The notes beneath the pieces are model-generated. The model was not told the DNA's origin. It saw only the letters and a list, made by a program, of their open reading frames with translations, and searched no databases. A DNA stretch of 20,254 nucleotides from Erysipelotrichaceae bacterium (GTDB taxonomy: Bacteria > Bacillota_I > Bacilli_A > Erysipelotrichales > Coprobacillaceae), in NCBI GenBank assembly GCA_028698185.1, contig JAQVDW010000032.1, forward strand, positions 1 through 20,254, written 5' to 3'. The position numbers and the translations under genes are program-made. Each line of letters begins with the position of its first letter. Positions within the stretch are counted from its first letter, which is position 1. Below are positions 6,675-13,665 of the stretch, one piece after another.

Positions 6675-9029
6675 ATGAAGGCATTGCAATTGCTGGCGAT
6701 TCCCAACCGGGTCTTGCTGGTAAATGAAAAAACAAAAATTAGTTTAAGCGAGTCTGATGATGAGTTATTCTATGACAGGTTAGTCGAAAACAATTTTAAC
6801 GTGCTGGTGTTCGGGGTCAAAAACAACCGGGAACAACCCCTGGGACATCCCCAAGACAGCTACTATAGAGTCGGGACAATGGCAAAATTGTCGAACCGGA
6901 AACTTGTCGATGACCGCTACCAATATGACGTGTTGGCAGTCGCCAAGGTCAAACTAGGCGAGTTCGTCGATCCAACCGCGGCGTTGTACGAGACGATCGA
7001 AGATGTTGACGACCTCAGCTTGAGCGATGACACGCAGATAAAAAAATACATCAAGGATACCCTTAATGAGCTGGCTGGCCAGATCAAGGGGGCCAAACCG
7101 TTTCTCGATTATCTTGAAAGATTGGAAAACATCACCGATGTGATGTTGGCGACCATGCCATATCTAAATCTGCGCTATGATGAAAAGCAGGAGTTTTTGG
7201 AGCTGACATCGAAGCGATACCAGGCGCTCAAATTCATCGATGTCCTGCTCGAATACAAGGAGAATGTGAAGTTCCAATTGGAACTGACGGCAAAATTCAA
7301 TGATGACGTCAATGAACAGTATCGCAAACAAATGCTTAAAAGGCAGCTAGAAACAATCAAAAGCGAGCTGGGCGAAGACGAACCGGAAGACGCGAAGGAC
7401 TATGTGAGCCTAATCGAGCAAGCGATGATGCCCGAGCCGGTCAAAAAGGCCGCTCTTAAGGAAGTCAAGCGGCTCGAGCGCCAGGGTGAGCAGTCGGCCG
7501 AGGCCAATGTGATCATTAATTACCTCGACACCCTGCTTGAACTGCCTTGGAAAGCGCCGCAGATCAACGATGTGAGCATTATGGAAACCCAAAAGACACT
7601 CGATGATGACCATTACGGCTTGGAAAAGGTGAAACAAAGGATCATCGAGCATCTGACCGTGTTGAAGCTCAAACAGAACAAGCAAGGTTCGATTGTCTTG
7701 CTCGCAGGCCCTCCGGGGACCGGTAAGACATCGATCGGGCGGTCAATCGCCAAAGCCCTAGGCCGCGAGTATGTGCGGATTTCATTGGGCGGTGTCCATG
7801 ACGAGGCTGAAATCAGAGGTCATCGCCGGACGTATATCGGGGCGATGCCAGGTAAAATCATCGCCGGGATGAAAAAGGCGCAGACGACCAACCCGGTGTT
7901 CATTCTCGATGAGATTGACAAGCTGTCGCAATCGGCCCATGGGGATCCGACCAGCGCCATGCTGGAGGTCCTCGACCCGGAACAAAACAGCACTTTCCAG
8001 GATCATTACCTAGAGGTCGAATATGACCTTTCAAACGTGTTCTTCATCGCCACTGCAAACAATATCGGCAACATACCGGCACCGCTGCTTGACAGGATGG
8101 AGGTAATCGAACTTTCTTCATACACTTCCCAGGAGAAGTTCGAGATCGCAAGACGGCATCTCGTTTTCGAAGTGCTAAGTGAACATGGCTTGAATGAAGA
8201 ACAGGTGATAATCGATGACGATGCCCTTAGAACTATCATCGATGATTACACGATCGAAGCTGGAGTCCGCAACCTGAAACGACAAATCGAAAAGGTTGTC
8301 CGATCGCTGGCGGTACAAATCATCGAGCAACCGGAAAGCCTGCCACTAAGCGTGGCAAAAGATAAGCTGGGTGATATTCTGGGCCACCGCCTGAACCGCC
8401 ATGATATGGCAGGAAGGCTAAATCCCCCAGGCGTTGTCACCGGGATGGCATGGACGCCCGTAGGCGGCGATATCCTCTATATCGAAGGGGCGCTGATGCC
8501 TGGAGGCGGAAGGATGAATCTGACCGGACAGCTTGGCGACGTTATGCAGGAATCGGCCCAGATTGCCTATTCGCTGGTCCGTTCCCGTCTGGTGTTCAAT
8601 TCCCAGGCAATCAATCTCAAGGACTACGATATGCATATCCATGTCCCTTCAGGGGCGATCAAAAAGGACGGACCAAGTGCTGGGGTGACGATGTTTACAG
8701 CGATGGCATCATTGATTACCGGGATTCCGGTTAATGGGGAACTGGCGATGACTGGTGAAATTTCGTTGCGCGGTGCGGTCCTGCCGGTGGGCGGAATAAA
8801 GGAAAAGGTCATTGCGGCCCACCGCAGCAAAATCAAAAAGATACTGCTGCCCCTCGACAATCAGGATGACATCAAGGACATTCCCCAATCGGTTAGGGAT
8901 GATCTGGAGATCGATTTTGTGGAAACAATCGAGGATGTGCTCAAGCATACCTTGAACATCTATCTGCCACGTCCTGGCTACCAGCTGATGCTTGAAAAAC
9001 AGGATATTCGCTTTATCGGCGAAGGATGA
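6675..9029 (+). CDS. lon: ATP-dependent Lon protease (LonA, endopeptidase La)
   Basis: 784 aa protein with Walker A GPPGTGKTS, Walker B VFILDEIDK, catalytic Ser in KDGPSAGVTM and catalytic Lys in GGIKEKVIAA. A Lon N-terminal domain is present. AGGAGG lies 8 nt upstream of the ATG. Confidence 0.95.
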   Translation: MKALQLLAIPNRVLLVNEKTKISLSESDDELFYDRLVENNFNVLVFGVKNNREQPLGHPQDSYYRVGTMAKLSNRKLVDDRYQYDVLAVAKVKLGEFVDPTAALYETIEDVDDLSLSDDTQIKKYIKDTLNELAGQIKGAKPFLDYLERLENITDVMLATMPYLNLRYDEKQEFLELTSKRYQALKFIDVLLEYKENVKFQLELTAKFNDDVNEQYRKQMLKRQLETIKSELGEDEPEDAKDYVSLIEQAMMPEPVKKAALKEVKRLERQGEQSAEANVIINYLDTLLELPWKAPQINDVSIMETQKTLDDDHYGLEKVKQRIIEHLTVLKLKQNKQGSIVLLAGPPGTGKTSIGRSIAKALGREYVRISLGGVHDEAEIRGHRRTYIGAMPGKIIAGMKKAQTTNPVFILDEIDKLSQSAHGDPTSAMLEVLDPEQNSTFQDHYLEVEYDLSNVFFIATANNIGNIPAPLLDRMEVIELSSYTSQEKFEIARRHLVFEVLSEHGLNEEQVIIDDDALRTIIDDYTIEAGVRNLKRQIEKVVRSLAVQIIEQPESLPLSVAKDKLGDILGHRLNRHDMAGRLNPPGVVTGMAWTPVGGDILYIEGALMPGGGRMNLTGQLGDVMQESAQIAYSLVRSRLVFNSQAINLKDYDMHIHVPSGAIKKDGPSAGVTMFTAMASLITGIPVNGELAMTGEISLRGAVLPVGGIKEKVIAAHRSKIKKILLPLDNQDDIKDIPQSVRDDLEIDFVETIEDVLKHTLNIYLPRPGYQLMLEKQDIRFIGEG

Positions 9030-9034
9030 TGAAA

Positions 9035-9063
9035 AATAGGAGCCAAAATGCTCTTATTTTTTT
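9035..9063 (+). terminator. Intrinsic terminator after lon
   Basis: AATAGGAGC (9035-9043) / GCTCTTATT (9050-9058) form a 9-bp stem (one G-U pair) with a 6-nt loop and a T-run extending to 9063. Confidence 0.8.
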
Positions 9064-9071
9064 GCAAACTG

Positions 9072-9099
9072 TTGTATTATCGAAAAAAATATGTATAAT
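9072..9099 (+). promoter_or_regulatory. Candidate distal promoter (P1) upstream of the polyamine operon
   Basis: TTGTAT (9072-9077), 16-nt spacer, TATAAT (9094-9099). Confidence 0.4.
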
Positions 9100-9220
9100 T
9101 GAATTGCAAAACCAAAGGAACCAATCACTCCAATTCCCGGATTGAAAACCGATTTCACCCAGGGCGCGACAGCACACGAAGCGAAGCGGGGTTGGCAGGA
9201 TTCCGGGCTGTTTGAGCCGA

Positions 9221-9249
9221 TTGACAAAATCGATAAAAAATGTTATATT
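9221..9249 (+). promoter_or_regulatory. Proximal promoter (P2) of the polyamine operon
   Basis: TTGACA (9221-9226), 17-nt spacer, TGtTATATT (hexamer 9244-9249). This is a near-consensus extended -10 promoter. Confidence 0.65.
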
Positions 9250-9284
9250 GAAGTGAGAATAATGAGTAGTAAATAATAGTATTT

Positions 9285-9308
9285 AAAGGCACATTTTCTT
9301 GCCTTTTT
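9285..9308 (+). promoter_or_regulatory. Leader hairpin 1 of the speD 5' UTR
   Basis: AAAGGCA (9285-9291) / TGCCTTT (9300-9306) form a stem with an 8-nt loop. Its 3' arm, CCTTTT (9302-9307), can alternatively pair with AAAAGG (9318-9323). Confidence 0.45.
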
Positions 9309-9320
9309 GCAGTTACTAAA

Positions 9321-9355
9321 AGGATGCGATGGGTCATACCGTCCATCCTATTTTT
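9321..9355 (+). terminator. Terminator-like hairpin inside the speD leader (candidate attenuator)
   Basis: AGGATG-c-GATGG (9321-9332) / CCGTC-CATCCT (9339-9349) give 11 bp with one bulge and one G-U pair, and a 6-nt loop. The hairpin is followed by A-TTTTT (9350-9355) and ends 6 nt before the speD RBS (AGGAG, 9362-9366). Confidence 0.55.
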
Positions 9356-9372
9356 AATGTTAGGAGTTCAGG

Positions 9373-10131
9373 TTGATGGATAAAATGAAGTTGTATGGAT
9401 TTAATAATTTGACCAAATCGTTGAGTTTCAATATTTTCGATGTTTGTTATGCCAAAACCAAGCAGGAACAGGAAGAATATATCGAGTATATCGACGAACA
9501 ATACAATTCGGAGAGGCTGACGCAGATCCTGATCAACGTCACCGAGATGATCGGGGCCACTGTCTTGAATATTGCCAAGCAGGATTACGAACCTCAGGGA
9601 TCGTCGGTCACCATATTGATTGCCGAGGAATCGCAGATCAATTCGGAAACCATTCTCGCCCATCTCGATAAGTCCCACGTAACCGTCCACACCTACCCCG
9701 AAGCCCATCCTGACAATGCCATCTCCACGTTCAGGGTCGATATCGATGTGGCCACTTGTGGCAAAATCACCCCCCTTTCGGTATTGGATTATTTGATTGA
9801 TTCGTTTGATTCCGATATAATTACATTAGATTACAAGGTCAGAGGCTTCACCCGTGACATTTTCGGCGACAAGCACTATATGGACCACAAGATGTCTTCA
9901 ATCCAGGACTACATCGAGGATCGGACGCTGGAAAAATACAATGCGATCGACGTAAATGTCTATCAGTACAATATTTTTCATACCCGTCTGATGTTGAAGG
10001 ATCTCGATATCAACAATTATCTTTTCAAGCATGACGTCGATTCCCTTGATGAGGACCTCAAGGAACAAATTGAAGCTAAACTGAAACTGGAAATGACCGA
10101 GATTTTCAGTGGATTTAATTTTGGAGGATAG
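9373..10131 (+). CDS. speD: S-adenosylmethionine decarboxylase proenzyme, long enterobacterial (E. coli SpeD) type
   Basis: Collinear with E. coli SpeD: [47 protein letters not shown]|[10 protein letters not shown] (autoprocessing Lys-Ser, Ser codon 9673-9675), [20 protein letters not shown]. The start is the TTG at 9373 or the ATG at 9376. Confidence 0.92.
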   Translation: MMDKMKLYGFNNLTKSLSFNIFDVCYAKTKQEQEEYIEYIDEQYNSERLTQILINVTEMIGATVLNIAKQDYEPQGSSVTILIAEESQINSETILAHLDKSHVTVHTYPEAHPDNAISTFRVDIDVATCGKITPLSVLDYLIDSFDSDIITLDYKVRGFTRDIFGDKHYMDHKMSSIQDYIEDRTLEKYNAIDVNVYQYNIFHTRLMLKDLDINNYLFKHDVDSLDEDLKEQIEAKLKLEMTEIFSGFNFGG

Positions 10132-10135
10132 ATTA

Positions 10136-11584
10136 TTGAACGAACAAGAAAGAGCTCCGATCTACGAAGCGTTAGTTGAATTAGAAGAAAACCGGATTGT
10201 TCCCTTTGATGTGCCCGGTCATAAAAGGGGCAAAGGCAACAAGGAATTGCGCAAGCTTTTGGGTGAAAAGTGCCTGGAGCTTGATGTCAACTCGATGAAG
10301 CCGCTAGACAACCTGTGTCATCCAGTTAGCGTCATCAAAGAGGCCGAGGAACTCGCGGCCAAAGCATTCAAGGCCGGTCATGCATTTTTCATGGTCAACG
10401 GGACGACCAGTGCCGTCCAAGCGATGATAATGTCCGTTGTGAAAAAAGGGGACAAGATAATAATGCCCCGCAACGTCCACCGCTCGGCAATCAACGCTTT
10501 GATCATAACTGGAGCGATACCTGTATATGTCAATCCCTCTACCAACGAGAGGCTTGGGATATCGCTGGGGATGCGAATCGACGACGTCAAGGCGGCGATA
10601 GCCCAGAATCCCGAAGCCAAGGCCATCCTGGTCAACAACCCGACTTATTACGGAATCTGTTCCGACCTTAAGGAAATTACCCGCCTTGGTCACGAGGCCA
10701 ACATGCAGGTGCTTGTCGATGAGGCCCATGGAACCCATTTCTATTTTGGCAAAGACATGCCGATAACCGCAATGGCGGCCGGTGCCGATTATGCCGCTGT
10801 TTCGATGCATAAATCGGGCGGTTCATTGACCCAGTCGAGCTTCCTGCTGACCGGGAAGAATGTCAACCATGACTACGTCCGTCAGGTCATCAACCTGACC
10901 CAGACGACATCGGGGTCATATCTGCTGATGGTGTCGCTTGACATCTCACGGCGCAACCTGGCCATTGACGGCAAGAAAATTTTCAAGAAGGTGCTCAACC
11001 TGGCCCAATACGCACGTGATGAGATCAATGACATCGGCGATTATTACGCCTATAGCAGTGAGCTTGTCAATGGCGATTCAATCTACGATTTCGACAAGAC
11101 CAAGCTGGCAATCAACACGCTGGACATCGGAATGGCTGGAATCGAGGTATACGATATCCTGCGCGACGAATATGACATCCAGATTGAGTTTGGCGATCTG
11201 GGCAATATCCTTGCGTATGTATCGGTGGGCGACAACCACAAGAATATCGAGCGGCTCATCGGAGCCCTAAGCGAAATCCGGCGCCGTTACAAACGCGACA
11301 AAAGCGGATTGTTCACTCATGAATATATTTCGCCGAAGGTGAAGTGCTCACCTCAGGTTGCCTTCTATGGCGATAAGGAATCGGTGAAGCTGGCTGATTC
11401 AATCGGCCGGGTGACCAGCGAATTCTGGATGGCCTATCCCCCAGGTATCCCGATACTGGCCCCGGGTGAGGAAATCACCGAGGAAATCATCACCTACATT
11501 GAATATTCCAAAGACAAGGGCTGTTCTCTGCTGGGGATGGAAGACATGAATCTAGAGTATATCAATGTTATCAAGGAGGTCTGA
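10136..11584 (+). CDS. speA: PLP-dependent Orn/Lys/Arg decarboxylase, fold type I (B. subtilis SpeA-like, probable arginine decarboxylase)
   Basis: Matches the B. subtilis SpeA pattern: FDVPGHKRG, IIMPRNVHRS, NPTYYG, LVDEAHG, SMHKSGGSLTQSS (PLP lysine), TTSGSYLLMVSLD. The probable start is the TTG at 10136, with GGAGGA 7 nt upstream; the track start at 10109 lies inside speD. Substrate specificity cannot be read from the sequence alone. Confidence 0.85.
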   Translation: MNEQERAPIYEALVELEENRIVPFDVPGHKRGKGNKELRKLLGEKCLELDVNSMKPLDNLCHPVSVIKEAEELAAKAFKAGHAFFMVNGTTSAVQAMIMSVVKKGDKIIMPRNVHRSAINALIITGAIPVYVNPSTNERLGISLGMRIDDVKAAIAQNPEAKAILVNNPTYYGICSDLKEITRLGHEANMQVLVDEAHGTHFYFGKDMPITAMAAGADYAAVSMHKSGGSLTQSSFLLTGKNVNHDYVRQVINLTQTTSGSYLLMVSLDISRRNLAIDGKKIFKKVLNLAQYARDEINDIGDYYAYSSELVNGDSIYDFDKTKLAINTLDIGMAGIEVYDILRDEYDIQIEFGDLGNILAYVSVGDNHKNIERLIGALSEIRRRYKRDKSGLFTHEYISPKVKCSPQVAFYGDKESVKLADSIGRVTSEFWMAYPPGIPILAPGEEITEEIITYIEYSKDKGCSLLGMEDMNLEYINVIKEV

Positions 11585-11586
11585 TC

Positions 11587-12468
11587 ATGGACTTTTGGTT
11601 TAGTGAAAAACACACTAAAAATGTCAAATTGTCAATCCGGGTGAACAAACAGCTTCATTCTTCTAAAAGCAAGTATCAGCGGATTGATGTATTCGATTCA
11701 TACGAATTCGGGCGCTTTTTGACGCTTGATGGCTACATGATGCTAACAGAAAAGGATGAGTTCATCTATCACGAAATGATAACCCACGTGCCTATGGCCG
11801 TCCATCCCCATCCGGCCAATATCCTGGTCATCGGAGCGGGAGATGGTGGGGTTATCCGTGAACTATGCAAGTACGATATGGTCGAGAGCATCGATCTGGT
11901 CGAAATCGACAAGAAAGTGATTGAGGTGTGCAAGAAATACTTGCCCAAAACCGCTTCCAATTTCGACGACGAACGGGTTACCATCCATATCCAGGACGGG
12001 CTCAAGTTCATCCGCAACAAGGAAAACATGTACGACATCATCATCGTCGATTCCACCGATCCATTTGGACCGGGGGAAGGACTTTTCACCAAAGAGTTCT
12101 ATGGCAACTGCTACAAGGCCCTCAAAGAAGATGGCATCATGGTGAACCAGCATGAGTCACCTTTCTACAAGGAAGACGCCAAGGCGACAGTCCGGGCGCA
12201 CCGGCGGATCTACGAGTCGTTCGACCTGGCCCGGGTCTATCAGGCCCATATTCCGACCTATCCTTCAGGCCATTGGCTGTTTGGATTCGCTTCGAAGAAA
12301 TATCATCCTGTCCATTCCCTAGATAAGAAAAGATGGCAGGATTTGAAGATAGAATGCCGTTACTACAACCCCAATTTGCATGTTGGCTCGTTCGCTTTGC
12401 CAAACTATGTTGAATCATTATTGAAAAGTGTTGAAGATGACACGGAAAATCAGGAGGAAAAACAATGA
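11587..12468 (+). CDS. speE: Spermidine synthase family aminopropyltransferase
   Basis: Motifs: LDGYMMLTEKDEFIYHEMITHVPM, VIGAGDGGVIRE, VEIDKKVIEVCKKYLP, DSTDPFGPGEGLF. The ATG lies 2 nt after the speA stop, with GGAGG upstream. Confidence 0.92.
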   Translation: MDFWFSEKHTKNVKLSIRVNKQLHSSKSKYQRIDVFDSYEFGRFLTLDGYMMLTEKDEFIYHEMITHVPMAVHPHPANILVIGAGDGGVIRELCKYDMVESIDLVEIDKKVIEVCKKYLPKTASNFDDERVTIHIQDGLKFIRNKENMYDIIIVDSTDPFGPGEGLFTKEFYGNCYKALKEDGIMVNQHESPFYKEDAKATVRAHRRIYESFDLARVYQAHIPTYPSGHWLFGFASKKYHPVHSLDKKRWQDLKIECRYYNPNLHVGSFALPNYVESLLKSVEDDTENQEEKQ

Positions 12469-13664
12469 AAGCTTTGATTATTGGAGCCGGCGGAGTTGCC
12501 GGCGTAGTGGTGGCAAAATGCTGCCAAAACAGCGATGTGTTCAGTGAAATCATGATTGCGTCACGCACAATTGGCCGCTGCGACGAACTAAAAGAAAAAA
12601 ACCAGGACAAGACCGAAACCAAGATTTCCACAGCCAAAGTGGATGCCAACAATGTGGCGGAACTTGTCGCTTTGATGAATGAATTCCAACCGGACATCTG
12701 CATCAATGTGGCTTTGCCATACCAGGATCTGACAATCATGGATGCCTGTCTTGAATACGGTGTGGACTACCTGGATACTGCCAACTACGAACCTGAAGAC
12801 ACTGCCAAATTCGAATACAAATGGCAATGGGCTTACAAGGACAAATTCGAAAAAGCCGGACTGACTGCGATCCTTGGCTGCGGATTCGATCCGGGTGTTA
12901 CAGGAGTTTTCTCGGCTTACGCTTTGAAGCATTATTTCGATGAAATCAACTATATCGACATCCTTGACTGCAACGGCGGTGACCATGGTTATCCATTCGC
13001 GACAAACTTCAACCCGGAAATCAATATCCGCGAAGTTTCAGCAAAGGGAAGCTACTGGGAAAATGGTGAATGGATCGAAACCGAACCGATGGAAATCAAA
13101 CGCGAATACGATTTCGATCAGGTCGGAGTGAAAGACATGTATCTGCTCCACCATGAGGAATTGGAATCTTTGGGAATCAATATGCCTGGAATCAAGCGAA
13201 TCCGTTTCTTCATGACGTTCGGTCAATCGTATCTTACCCACCTGAAATGTCTTGAAAACGTGGGGATGACTTCAATCGAGCCTATCATGTTCGAAGGCAA
13301 AGAAATCATTCCGCTGCAATTCTTGAAGGCGGTACTTCCTGATCCGGCATCACTGGGGCCACGCACAGTCGGGAAGACAAATATCGGCTGCATCTACCAA
13401 GGTAAAAAAGACGGCAAGGATGTTAAATACTACATCTACAATGTCTGCGACCACCAGGAAGCCTACAAGGAAGTCGGTTCCCAAGCGGTAAGCTACACGA
13501 CTGGTGTTCCGGCGATGATCGGGGCAATGATGGTCCTTAAGGGCATCTGGAAAAAACCAGGGGTCTTCAATGTGGAAGAGATGGATCCCGATCCATTCAT
13601 GGAAAAATTGAACGAATGCGGTCTGCCATGGATTGAAAACTTCAATCCGGTATTGGTTGACTAG
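12465..13664 (+). CDS. Carboxynorspermidine/carboxyspermidine dehydrogenase (saccharopine dehydrogenase fold)
   Basis: N-terminal Rossmann IIGAGGVAGVV. CANSDH/CASDH-like blocks: WQWAYKDKFEKAGLTAILGCGFDPGV, GDHGYPFATNFNPEIN, YWENGEW, VSYTTGVPA, PGVFNVEEMDPDPF. Its ATG overlaps the speE TGA (ATGA at 12465-12468). Confidence 0.9.
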   Translation: MKALIIGAGGVAGVVVAKCCQNSDVFSEIMIASRTIGRCDELKEKNQDKTETKISTAKVDANNVAELVALMNEFQPDICINVALPYQDLTIMDACLEYGVDYLDTANYEPEDTAKFEYKWQWAYKDKFEKAGLTAILGCGFDPGVTGVFSAYALKHYFDEINYIDILDCNGGDHGYPFATNFNPEINIREVSAKGSYWENGEWIETEPMEIKREYDFDQVGVKDMYLLHHEELESLGINMPGIKRIRFFMTFGQSYLTHLKCLENVGMTSIEPIMFEGKEIIPLQFLKAVLPDPASLGPRTVGKTNIGCIYQGKKDGKDVKYYIYNVCDHQEAYKEVGSQAVSYTTGVPAMIGAMMVLKGIWKKPGVFNVEEMDPDPFMEKLNECGLPWIENFNPVLVD

Positions 13665-13665
13665 A

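Noticed and set aside
6675-9029. Lon as a defence-associated Lon-like protease (for example BREX BrxL-type)
   Set aside because: It has the full canonical LonA architecture (N-domain, AAA+ module with Walker A/B, S16 Ser-Lys dyad). No methyltransferase, PglZ or other defence neighbours are present, so it is most simply the housekeeping Lon.
9103-9276. 58-codon open frame through the G+C-rich island, and the 63-aa minus-strand ORF at 9155-9346
   Set aside because: The plus frame has no ATG or SD; its only candidates are a TTG at 9142 without an RBS and the 4-codon ATG at 9262. The minus ORF runs through the P2 promoter and the leader hairpins. Neither resembles a known protein. The region is kept as an unexplained finding rather than called as a CDS.
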